Positions 31,091 to 41,901 of a stretch of DNA of 64,000 nucleotides are shown one piece after another (positions within the stretch are counted from its first letter, which is position 1; each line of letters starts with the position of its first letter). The translations under genes and the position numbers were made by a program. The stretch is from Dictyostelium discoideum (Eukaryota). The stretch covers positions 3,008,001 through 3,072,000 of the forward strand of contig CM000154.2 of NCBI GenBank assembly GCA_000004695.1. The letters are read 5' to 3'. The notes beneath the pieces are model-generated. The model was given only the letters and a program-made list of their open reading frames with translations. It searched no databases and had not been told where the DNA came from.

Positions 31091-31129
31091 TAACTAAAAT
31101 ATTATTTATAAACTATTTTTTTTATTTCT

Positions 31130-31185
<56 letters not shown>

Positions 31186-31378
31186 GATACATCTATTTAA
31201 TTAAGTAAAAAATATGTTTTTGTTTTAAAAAAAAATAAAAAAAATAAAAAGTAATGTTTTGAAAATATCTCGACATCATTTTGTTTTTCTACTTTTTGGC
31301 ACAAAACAAGTAAAATTTTTTTTTTTATCAGTTTTTTTTTCTTTATTTTTTAAGTCTTCCATTTTATTTTATTTTATT

Positions 31379-31414
<36 letters not shown>

Positions 31415-31502
31415 ATATACTGGATATTGATCCAACAAAATTTTTTAAAAATATTTATTTTTTTTTTTTTTTTTTTTTTGATAAACTATAATTCCAAAAA
31501 CA

Positions 31503-33122
31503 ATGATATCCAACAATAATGCAATAAATAAAATTGATAATAATAAAAAGTGTACACTTCACCCAAACAAAGATATAATATTCTTTTGTTTAGATTGTAA
31601 ATTAATGCCATGTTGTACTATATGTATATCAAGTAAAGGTGAACATCATGCTCATAGAATTGATCCATTAGAATCTAGTTCAAATATTCTTTCATTAATG
31701 AATAGTTTTAAAGATGATGTACATCAAAAAGTAATAGAAAGAATTGAAACTAATGAAATAATTTTAAAACAATCAAGTGATAAATATAATGAAATTCAAT
31801 CACAATTTGATAATAATAATAATTCATTAAAAAAAGAAATTAAAAAAATTCATGATATCATTTCAATCATTGAATTGGATATTAAAAAACAATTAGAAAC
31901 AGCCTTTGGAAATAATACATTAATAAATTCAATGATAAATTCTTCAATCAATAATGATAATCAAATACTTTCAACAATAATTAATAATGAAAATGAAAAT
32001 GAAAATGAAAATGAAAATATTAAAACCATTGAAAAATTAAATGAAATTTTAAAATTAAATGATCAACAAATTAATGATAATGGAGATGATGATGATTTTT
32101 TTATTGATAGAGATATTATTAAAATTATTAAACAATATCAACAATCATTGATAGTATTAAATAAAAATAATAATATCGATAACTCAAATAAATTAAATGG
32201 ATATGATAATCAAATAATTCATTTCCATAAGATAATTGAAGATATTAAAAATAATTTAAAATCAATTTATTCTTTTAATGATAGTAGATTTAAAATTGAA
32301 ATCGATGAAAATAATAATAAATTTTTTAATTGTAAGCTTTTACATTATACAGTTGTTTTTTTTTTTATAAAAATTATTTTCACACATTATTCTAATTACC
32401 AAAATATAGGGAACAATTTAAAGTTTTATACTTATATAGAGGGTGATTTTATTAATTTTAAGACTAACGAAGGTATAGCATTCAAAGATAATTGTAATAT
32501 TTTATCAAAATTAAAAAATCAATTACCCTCAAATGTAATGCTATTGGATGGATTCAATCAAAAATTAAAACCAGGTATAATACCAAATGGTATTAAATGG
32601 TTGTATTTAGGTGATATTAAACAAGAATTAATGCCTGGTTCAATTCCTAATACTGTAACTCTTGTCAATTTGTTGGATGGATTCAATCAAAAATTAACAC
32701 CAGATATATTACCAGATAGTGTTAAATACTTGTATTTACATGATTTAAAACAAGAATTAATAATGGGATCAATTCCTGAAACTGTAACTCATCTCTATTT
32801 AAAAGATGGATTCAATCAAAAATTAAAACCAGGTATATTACCAGGTGGTATCAAATGGTTGCATATTGGTGATTTAAAACAAGAATTAATAATTGGCTCA
32901 ATTCCAAACACCGTAAAGAATATCACTTTATTGGATGGATTCAATCAAAAATTAACACCAGGTATATTACCAGATGGTATTGATTCTTTGTATTTAGATG
33001 ATATAAAGGAAGAATTAATGATTGGTTCAATACCTAATTCTGTAAAGAGAGTGAAAGTTTCCAAAAGTTTTAATCTACAAATTGAACCCTATGTTTCAAA
33101 AAATGTTATAATTGTTAAATAA
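31503..33122 (+). CDS. B-box zinc finger + FNIP-repeat protein (about 513 aa if a 78-nt in-frame intron 32332..32409 is removed)
   Basis: B-box 'KCTLHPNKDIIFFCLDCKLMPCCTICISSKGEHHAHRIDPLES'. C-terminal FNIP units 'LLDGFNQKLKPGIIPNGIKWLYLGDIKQELMPGSIPNTV..'. A candidate intron GTAAGC...TATAG (78 nt, AT-rich, in-frame) has a translation 'KLLHYTVVFFFIKIIFTHYSNYQNIG' that is non-protein-like. Confidence 0.65.
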   Translation: MISNNNAINKIDNNKKCTLHPNKDIIFFCLDCKLMPCCTICISSKGEHHAHRIDPLESSSNILSLMNSFKDDVHQKVIERIETNEIILKQSSDKYNEIQSQFDNNNNSLKKEIKKIHDIISIIELDIKKQLETAFGNNTLINSMINSSINNDNQILSTIINNENENENENENIKTIEKLNEILKLNDQQINDNGDDDDFFIDRDIIKIIKQYQQSLIVLNKNNNIDNSNKLNGYDNQIIHFHKIIEDIKNNLKSIYSFNDSRFKIEIDENNNKFFNCKLLHYTVVFFFIKIIFTHYSNYQNIGNNLKFYTYIEGDFINFKTNEGIAFKDNCNILSKLKNQLPSNVMLLDGFNQKLKPGIIPNGIKWLYLGDIKQELMPGSIPNTVTLVNLLDGFNQKLTPDILPDSVKYLYLHDLKQELIMGSIPETVTHLYLKDGFNQKLKPGILPGGIKWLHIGDLKQELIIGSIPNTVKNITLLDGFNQKLTPGILPDGIDSLYLDDIKEELMIGSIPNSVKRVKVSKSFNLQIEPYVSKNVIIVK

Positions 33123-34144
33123 AATTTAGAAAAATAATATTTAATTTAATTCCAAGAAAAAAAAAAATAAAAAATAAAAAAGTAATTTTTAGTACTATAT
33201 CATTTTGCGTCTAATTTTTGATATAAAACAATTAAATTAATTAAAAAAAAAACACTGTTGCATGGTTCGTTTTTTTTAGTTTTTTTATTTTAATTTTTAG
33301 ATATTTTTATTTTATTTTATTTTATTTTATTTTGTTAATTTTTTATTTTATTTTTATTTTTCTTACAATTTTTGATGATTTCTAGAAATAAAAAAAATAA
33401 AAAACAAAATGAAAAATAGTATAAAAAATGAAATAACCTCAACAAAACATATAATTTTAATAAAATCTAAATTTAAATGAAACAATTTAAAGAGGAAAAT
33501 GAAGAAGATAATGAAAAATGAATTTGAATCAAATTGTAAATTAATTGAAGGTATAATTTTTTAAAATGGTCCAACAAGTGGAAATCCATCAACAATAAAA
33601 AATTTCATTAGACTTAATAAAATAACTCAAAATGGAAGTGGTTATGAAGCTACGCATCGTCATTATGAATCTGCCAAAAAAGTTATTATTTATTATTGGA
33701 TAATCGAATTTAATTGTTTGATTTAAAAATAAAGGATTATTATTATTGTTATTATTTTTTAAAATTAATAATGATTGTTGATATTGTTTAATTAGTTTAG
33801 TTGTATCATTGTTATGGTGGTGATGGTGATTTTGATTATTTATGATTATATTTTGAAGTATTTCATTATCATGAATGATTGAAGATACTATTTATATATT
33901 CAATCATGGATTTCCTTGATAATTGTGAAATATGTTCATCAAATAAACTATCCAATATTAAATATAGTCTTATATTATTTGAAGAAAGAAAAGAAGGAGG
34001 AGGAGGAACAAAAGGAGGAGGAGGAGGGGAAGAAGGAGAGGTTGTACCATATCAATCAGTATTAAATAATAATAATAATAATATTCAAGAAAATAATGAA
34101 GAATTTATTGAAAGTAAATATTTTATTATTTTATTTTTATATAT

Positions 34145-34178
<34 letters not shown>

Positions 34179-34214
34179 TCTAACTATAATTTAATTCTAT
34201 TAGGTTTTTAATAT

Positions 34215-34816
34215 ATTCTGATAATGATAATTTTGGTATAACACAAAATATAGCATTTAAGGAGAATTGTAAAGATTTATCAAAAGTTGGTAAAAAAATA
34301 AGAGTGACTCTTTTGGATGGATTCAATGAGAAATTAACTCCAACAACGTTACCAGAAGGTATTAAATCATTACATTTATTTGATATTAAACAAGAATTAG
34401 AGATTGGTTCAATTCCTAATACTGTGGTGAGTCTATCTTTGGAGGATGGATTTAACCAAATTTTAAAACCTGGTGTAATTCCAGAAAGTGTGAAAGAGTT
34501 GTATATACATGATATAAAGCAAGATTTAATAATTGGATCAATTCCTAATACAGTGAGGAATGTATATTTTCAAGATGGTTTCAATCAAATATTAACACCT
34601 GGTATAGTGCCTAAAGGTGGTGTTAAATATTTATATTTTTACAATATAAAACAAAAATTAATTATTGTTTCAATACCTGAGACTATAACAACTGTATTTA
34701 TTTTAAATGGAACCAATCAAAATTTAACACCAGGTATAATACCAGAAGGTGTTAAATTGGTTTATTTAATTGATACAAAACTCAAAACTTCACAAAATAA
34801 AAAGATAAAAATATAA
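34215..34816 (+). CDS. FNIP-repeat C-terminal gene fragment; N-terminal exons not identified (possible pseudogene or multi-exon gene)
   Basis: 'TLLDGFNEKLTPTTLPEGIKSLHLFDIKQELEIGSIPNTVVSLSLEDGFNQILKPGVIPESVKELY...' are FNIP units. The upstream '..NIAFKENCKDLSKVGKKIRV' is homologous to the pre-repeat segment of the 31503.. gene. No B-box exon with an intact frame was found in 33400-34200. Confidence 0.4.
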
Positions 34817-35517
34817 ACTCTTTCTTTTTTTTTTTTTTTCAAAAAAAATTTTATTTTTGTATATATAAAAAAAAAAAAAAAAAAAATTTTAATGTATTTT
34901 AAAACTAAAAAAAATATTTATTTATTTATTTTTTTTATTTATTTTTTTAATGATTGGTAACGGTCTTTTACCTGGTTATTTTGTTTTTCCTTACTAATTT
35001 TATTTTTTTTTTTTTTTTTTTTTTATTTTTTTTTTTTTTTTCATTTGGCCTTCGATTACTTAAAGTAAATGCATTGAATTTCAAAATACTGTTTAGCTTT
35101 TTTTAGGTTGAAAAAAAAAAAAATAAAAAAAATAAAAAAAAAGAAAAAGAAAAAGAAAAATAAAATAATAAAAAAAATAAAAAAATTGAATTTTAAATAA
35201 AGTAATTAAAAACGAACATTCACACCGATAACTGTTCGTTATTTATTCACTAAATGACTCCATAACTTTTTTTTTTTTAATTTTTTTCATTTTTTTTATA
35301 TTTTTATTTTTATTTTTTTTTTATTTTTTTTTTTTTTTTTATTTTTTAAAATTTTTTTTTTTATTTTTTTTTTTTCTAATCAACATCATCACCAACCACA
35401 TACAACACGTTCATTTATTTTTTTTTTATTTTTATTTTAACCACACCAATTATTAAATAAAATTTATATATAAAATATATTTATATATAAATTAATAAAA
35501 AAAAAAAAGAAATAAAG

Positions 35518-36234
35518 ATGATGTCAAATAAAATGACAGATATGGCCATTACATTTGGTTCATTATTTTTAATTCAAAAGATTGATTTCACCAATCCACA
35601 AAATGCATTCTATGCACAATGTACATTTGGAGCACTTCAATTAGCTACTTTACTTGTCTATGTTTACATTTACAATAAAGTCAATAGTAAACCAAACAAT
35701 ACAATCGTTCGTGTACCAACCAATCCACCATCAATGTTTTCAAGACCAGATCCAAATGAACCAATGACCGAACAAACTACAACTGAATACGATTTAGCTC
35801 AATTAAAGAAATTATTCACTCAATCATTATTTTCAATTGGTATCACCGTCTTTTTATTCATTAAAATGGGTATCATTCAACCAATGGCCATGCAATCTGT
35901 TATGGCTCCACAAAATTTATTCAAAAATAAGCTTTTCAAAATCTATATTTTAGGTCAACCAGAATCTAAATTCCCACGTCCTTGGGTTGAAGAATCACCA
36001 TTTTCAATGGGTCAACCAGCTGCTGAAGAAACTCCAGCAACTGAACAAATCGATAATTCTAATAATATTACAATTCCAAAAGCAAAAGATACTAAAACAT
36101 CATCAACTACCACCTCCACCTCCACCTCCACCAAATCAAGAGCAAAAGTAACCGAAATTAATGAATCTGAATCATCTTCTGAAGAAAGCGAAAAAGAAGA
36201 AAAAACTAAAAAAAATAAAAAGAAATATTTATAA
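35518..36234 (+). CDS. PHO88/SND3-family ER membrane protein (238 aa)
   Basis: The block 'TEYDLAQLKKLFTQSLFSIGITVFLFIKMGIIQPMAMQSVMAPQNLFKNKLFKIYILGQPESKFPRPW' aligns with yeast Pho88/Snd3 'RDYDLKEI...MQSISPVKSALEHNEVKIHLFGKPATGDLKRPF'. It has an N-terminal TM helix and an acidic Ser/Thr/Glu-rich tail. Confidence 0.65.
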   Translation: MMSNKMTDMAITFGSLFLIQKIDFTNPQNAFYAQCTFGALQLATLLVYVYIYNKVNSKPNNTIVRVPTNPPSMFSRPDPNEPMTEQTTTEYDLAQLKKLFTQSLFSIGITVFLFIKMGIIQPMAMQSVMAPQNLFKNKLFKIYILGQPESKFPRPWVEESPFSMGQPAAEETPATEQIDNSNNITIPKAKDTKTSSTTTSTSTSTKSRAKVTEINESESSSEESEKEEKTKKNKKKYL

Positions 36235-36412
36235 ATAAATAAAAATAAAGATTATTATTTATTTTAAAAATATAATGTTTTAAAAAAAAAAATTAAAAAA
36301 AAAAAAAAAAAAGGTTCTAATTTATTTTATTATTTTAATTTATATATTTATATTTATTTTTGGAAATTAATTTTTATTTTTATTTATTTTATTATTTATT
36401 TTTAATTAAAAT

Positions 36413-37177
36413 TTATTTTGGCCACATTTGATAAGCACCAATTAATGCAGAAATTATACCAGAAATACCAATTGTACCTTGAGAGAATGGATAAATTTTT
36501 AATAAAGTTGAAGCAATGATTAAATCTGAACCATTCTTTGCACAATTTAAATAGATTTCATTCTTCTTTTTAATGACTTCATTGAATTGATCGATGATTG
36601 CTTTATTTTCGACTTCAGAGGTGATTGTATGAGTATCGATGTTATTATTATTTGCATTGATTTTATTTTGAGTGATTGTTAATCTGAGTGATTTCTCTTT
36701 CTTTAACATGATGGCCAATGTATTTAAATCGATAATGATTGAACATAATAAACCAAAGAACCAACTAACACTTGAATACCAACCCAATTTGACAGTATCA
36801 AATTTACATAAACCAATGTTGGTACCAAGGATTAAATGATCGAATACCCAATAGAAATACATTCCACTTTGTCTAATCAATGCTAGAATATTTAAAAAGG
36901 CAAATGGATTCTTTACTTTGAATAATGCTAAAATCTTTTGTTGCTCGGCCAATGTATTACCTAAACGCCATACTTTACGTGCTGATCCACTTGTTGTCTC
37001 TAATTTTTTCATAACATCAACCCAATGTTTTGATCTCTTTAAAAATATATATCCTAATAATTTGGCACCATATTGTAAAATCTTGGCAATCTTATCTTTA
37101 CCTGATGTTTGTGCTAAAAGTTTAATTAAACTTTCTAAAAATTGATTATAATTTGGTTTTGATAATATTCCTGCCAT
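36413..37177 (-). CDS. pex11: Peroxin-11 (PEX11 family peroxisomal membrane protein, 254 aa)
   Basis: N-terminal 'FLESLIKLLAQTSGKDKIAKILQYGAKLLGY' matches the PEX11 signature ('...GRDK..R..QY..R'). 'ARKVWRLGNTL' and C-terminal hydrophobic segments are present. Size is typical of PEX11. Confidence 0.65.
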   Translation of the reverse strand: MAGILSKPNYNQFLESLIKLLAQTSGKDKIAKILQYGAKLLGYIFLKRSKHWVDVMKKLETTSGSARKVWRLGNTLAEQQKILALFKVKNPFAFLNILALIRQSGMYFYWVFDHLILGTNIGLCKFDTVKLGWYSSVSWFFGLLCSIIIDLNTLAIMLKKEKSLRLTITQNKINANNNNIDTHTITSEVENKAIIDQFNEVIKKKNEIYLNCAKNGSDLIIASTLLKIYPFSQGTIGISGIISALIGAYQMWPK

Positions 37178-37339
37178 TTTTATTTTATTTTATTTTATTT
37201 TATTTATTTATTTATATAAATAGAGATTAAAAAAAAAAAAAAAAGTTTTTAATATATTTAAAAATTTCTTTTTTTTTTTTAATAAAGAAGTTGTATAAAA
37301 AAACAAAAAAAATAATAAAAAATAAAAAAAATATTTTTT

Positions 37340-37381
<42 letters not shown>

Positions 37382-37457
37382 AAAACAAAATAATAATTAT
37401 AATAATAACAATAAATAAATAAATAAATAAAAAATCAATATAGACTCAGAATTAGAA

Positions 37458-38178
37458 ATGGATATTGAAGATGCAAATTCTTTTTTTAATGGGAATCAAA
37501 ATACAAATATATTAGGTCAATCACCACGTCCAACTGGAATCCTAATGAAATTTATATTTTTATTTCATCCAATGTTATTATTCCTATTCATTTTACCAGG
37601 TGTTTTAACATTTTGGATATTATTTATTGCAGGTGAAAATTCAATTAAACCATTTATGTATATTATTTTCTTATTGGTTCCATTAGTATTTCAAATAGTT
37701 TTATTGATTTATCATTCACATTCATTTGTGTTTTTAAATTATGGTCTTCAAGCATTTTCACGTAAATGTAATTAAATAATTTATTATTATTTATTTAAAC
37801 TCTTTTTTAAACATAAAAATAAATATTTTAATTATACTAATGTTTTTTTTTTTTATTTTATTTAAAATTTTAGATAATAATAATTCATCAGATCAATATA
37901 CACAATTATATCAATTAGTTGATATGCAATCAGGTAGTGTTGTAACTTTATTAGATCAAAGAATAGCAGATGAAAGGGCAATGTATCTATATATACCAAT
38001 TTCAAAAGAAGTTTTCAATATGTCTTATTACGAATCAACATTTAGAGTTAATTCGCTTGGTCATTGGCAAGTTGTTCTAACTTGGAAAGCATTACTTAGT
38101 TTCTTTGTTTGTGGTATAATGTTGGTTGAATTTATTTTACTATTCGTTTTAAGAAATTGGTTTTTATTATTATTTTAA
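37458..38178 (+). CDS. Small multi-pass membrane protein, probably 2 exons: join(37458..37761, 37874..38178)
   Basis: Exon 1 has two hydrophobic helices and ends at CAC|GTAAAT. A 112-nt AT-rich candidate intron ends in TTTTAG. Exon 2 continues in phase ('..NNNSSDQYTQLYQLVDMQSGSVVTLLDQRIADERAMYLYIPISKEVF...') to a C-terminal TM helix. The track shows the two halves as separate ORFs. Confidence 0.4.
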
Positions 38179-38185
38179 ATTATAA

Positions 38186-38186
38186 A

Positions 38187-38280
<94 letters not shown>

Positions 38281-38290
38281 TTAATAATAA
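38186..38290. repeat. (AAT)n microsatellite, about 35 units, intergenic
   Basis: Direct reading: uninterrupted aataataat... run. One of many AT-rich simple repeats in this window. Others are (ATT)n at 52021..52135, (ATAAA)n at 24017..24070, (AAAAAG)n at 12441..12480 and T/A homopolymers longer than 30 nt at 4977..5026, 56880..56932 and 62963..63018. Confidence 0.9.
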
Positions 38291-38499
38291 TTAAAAAAAA
38301 AAAAAAAAAAAAAAAAAGAAAAAAAAAACACAACAATAACATTCAAGAAATTAGAAAAAAAAAAAAAAAAAAACAAATATACCTATATATGTATATTTGT
38401 GAATAGTTTCAATTATTTTTTTTTCCTAAAAAATAAACTTATCAAAACATTGTACATATTTTTCAAAATAAAATTAAAGTTTATTATTATTATTATTAT

Positions 38500-40726
38500 T
38501 TATTGTCTTCTTTTTTTATTACTTATATAATTATCGTCACTATCACTAGTGTTAATTTCTTTTCTTTTTGGTTTTGATCTCGATTTTGAAGAGGATGATG
38601 ATGATTTTGAGGAGGATTTTGAAGAAGATGATGATTTTGAGGAAGAAGATTTCAAAGTGGATTTAGAGGATGACGATTTTGAAGAAGAAGAAGATTTTAA
38701 TATTGGTTTCCTTCTTGAATTAAATGATTTATCATGCGATGATGATGATGATTTTGATGATTTTGATGCATTTTTAGCTTTTAATAATGGTTTCTTTTTA
38801 GATTTCTTTTTGTTATCAGAGTCTGAACTATCGCTATATCCATAATTATCACTATCACTATCGCTATTACTATCACTATCGCTATCACTATCACTATCGT
38901 TATCGCTATCACTACTTTCACTACTATCTATATTAATTTTCTTTTTACTATTTCCATTACTACTTCCATTATTTGTTATTACTTTTTTAGGTATTGGAAT
39001 TGATGCTAAAGGTATTTTACCTGTAATAGATAATGCTAAATTTGTATTTGTTATTGGTGAAGTTATAGATGTTGTTGTTGTTGTTGTTGTTGTTGTATTA
39101 TTTGTTGTTGGTGTAGTTGTAGTAGGTGGGGTTGATACTGTTGTTGGTATTGTAGCTTTTGATTCAGAAGTAATTGGTGTCGTAGGATTTGATTGAGTTT
39201 TTGACGATGATGATTTGGATTTCTTTTTTACAGATTCTGGTGATTTTTCATCAACCAAACCATCTGATCCCTTTTGTTCTTTTAATGATTTTATTACATT
39301 TGAAATATTATCAGTTATTGCTTTACAAACATCATTACTTTCATCATTTATTAAATTTTGAATTTCTTTTTGAATATATACAGCAACTCTATTAATAATA
39401 ATAATAATATATAATCAACATATAGATATTATGTATAAATATTAATATTTTATGATATTGTTAGAATTTTCTAATTTTAAAATTATATATACATACGATT
39501 CAGTATTTTTTTTTAATTCACTCATTACATGTCTTTTTTGTAAACTTTTTGTTACAGCATATGCTTCTAATGTTTCATTATTCTTTAAAACTTCTTGAGT
39601 TTTCTTTAAAATACTATCACCAATACCTTTACAATTGATTTGAGTTGTAATAATATCTCTAATCTTATCAAATGTACCATTATTCTTTAATATATCTACA
39701 ATTTGTATCGATTTTTGTTGATAAAAACTAAATTCTGCTTGACTCATTGATTCTATAATAGATTTAGATTCAATTTCATCTTTAATTTTAACTATATTAT
39801 TATTATTGTTATTATTATTGTTATTATTATTATTATTATTACTATTACTACTACTATTATTACTATTATTACTATTATTATCTTCTTTCTTTACTTGAAT
39901 TGTTGTTGTTGTTGATGATGAAACTATTGATGGTGTTAATGTTGTTGGTGTTAATGTTGTTGGTGTTAGTGTTGGTATTGATGTGGTAGTTGTTGTTGTT
40001 GGTGTTGATGTTTGTTGAGGTATTTTTAATGGTGTTTCTACAGGGGTAATACTATCCCATTTTGAAGTTCTTGCTTCTAGTTTTACAGATGGTTGTATGT
40101 TATTACTATTATTGTTATTATCTACAGTTGTGGTGGTTGATGTTGTTGTTGGAGTTGTTGAAAATTTAGATTGAATAGGTGTAATTAGCGTATTTGGGAT
40201 TTGGGTTGGTGGTGAATCTTTATTATATCTATCATTAAATCTTTCAGAATAAGTTTCCCTACCTCTATCAATGAATCTATGATCATTATATTCACCACCA
40301 CCGCCACCACCTCTAAAACCACCACCTCCGATACCTCTATCACCACCACCACCATATCCACCCCTATGTGTGATACCTCTACCACCTCTAAAACCACCTC
40401 TACCTCTTTCATAGACACCTCTATCATATGCACCCATATCTCTATCATAATCTCTTTCATAGTAACCACTTATACCTCTATCGTAAGCTTCCCTTCTATC
40501 ACTCCAACTATTTTGATGATGATCTCTACCACCACCCCTCCAACTCGTTCCATAGTAACCACCGCCACCTCTATCATATCCAACACCACCCATTGTGGTA
40601 TTTCTATCATGATATCCACTATTATGATATCCACCAGAGGGTATGGTTGTATTTATTGGACTGTTTATTGTTGTATTAGTTTGAGTGTGAGTGTGAGGAA
40701 GAGGTATTGTTGGTATTTGAGTGTAA

Positions 40727-40761
<35 letters not shown>

Positions 40762-40833
40762 TTGTTGATAACCACCACTACCAATTAGTCCCATATGTTG
40801 ATGGTGTAATTGTTGTGTTTGTTCACTCATCAT
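38500..40833 (-). CDS. Poly-Gln / RGG-box (Arg-Gly-Tyr-Asp-rich) / Ser-rich protein with a central alpha-helical domain, 2 exons: join(40833..39497, 39388..38500), about 741 aa
   Basis: Exon 1 ends '...LKKNTES' at TC|GTATGT. A 108-nt intron ends in TTATTAATAG. Exon 2 continues in phase as 'VAVYIQKEIQNLINDESNDVCKAITDNISNVIKSLKEQKGSDGLVDEKSPESV...'. This joins the 463-aa and 252-aa track ORFs. The N-terminus has (CAA)n Gln, then 'YDRGGGGYYG...RGRGGFRGGRGITHRGGYGGGGDRGIGGGGFRGG' RGG repeats. The middle segment 'ILKNNGTFDKIRDIITTQINCKGIGDSILKK...' weakly resembles the BOD1/Shg1-type helical domain. The tail is poly-Ser, Asp-Ser and Lys-rich. Confidence 0.55.
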
Positions 40834-41901
40834 ATATACATGTAAAAAAAAAAAAAAAAAAAAAGTGGGGGATTAGTTTTGTTGTGGTTTACACACAAAT
40901 TGAACAATTTAAAGAACTAAAAATTTAAAAAAAAAAAAAAAATAAAAAAAAAAAAAAATATTCGTTATTTTTTTTAAAATTTTCATATTTTTTTTTTTTT
41001 TTTTATAAATTTTTTTTTATTTTTAAATTTAAATCCAAAAAATATATTCTAAAAAAGGAAAAACGAGATATTATTTTTTTTTTTTTTACAATCCCAATAA
41101 AAAAAGAAAAAAAAATTAATTTAAAAAAGGAATTTAAAATATTTTGGAATGTTCATGAACATTTACTATTATTAATTTTTTTTTTTTTTTTTTTTATTTT
41201 GGTATTATTTTTTTTTTTATAATCAAGAATTATTTTTAGAATTTAGTTATTAATTATTTATTTTTTTTTGAAAATTTTTTTTTAGATTTGAAAAAAAAAA
41301 AAAAAGAAAAATTAATTTGGAAAATTATGAATTCCTTATTTTATTTTATCTTTATTTATTTTTTATTAATTTATTTTTTAAGAATAATTATTCCAACTGG
41401 GATCCCACCAACCACGTAGATTTGAAAATTTTTTTTTTTAAATAGTAAGAATTTAATTGATTGAATATTATAGATATTCCTTTTTGTTGTTATTGTAGAT
41501 TAATTTGACCTTCATGTACAGCCTGAATCTTGAATACCAAATTGTCAGTATGATTTGGAGTGAACATGATTTCATATTTTGCCTTTTCTAATGAAAATAA
41601 TTGGGTTTTTATTTTATTTTATTTTTTTTTTTAGGTTAAGATATAGTTTTTATTTTAGTTTTTTTATTTTCATAGAAATAAAGAAAAAAAGTGATTAAAT
41701 TAATTCGAAAAAGATTTTTAATTTATTTATTCAAATCATTTTTTTATTTTTTTATTTATCAATTATTTTATTTTATTATTATTTTTTATTTTTTTATTTT
41801 TTTATTATTTTAATTTTTTATTATTATTACTATTATTTGTATTATTATTTTTATCTTTTTTTTTTTTTTTATTTTTTTTTTTTAATTTTTTTTTATTTTT
41901 T

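Noticed and set aside
38549-40928. Acidic (38549..38845), poly-Thr/Ile (40279..40788), His/Tyr (40428..40679) and poly-Val (40707..40928) ORFs
   Set aside because: Antisense or frameshifted readings of the Ser-rich, RGG and poly-Gln tracts of the 38500..40833 gene.
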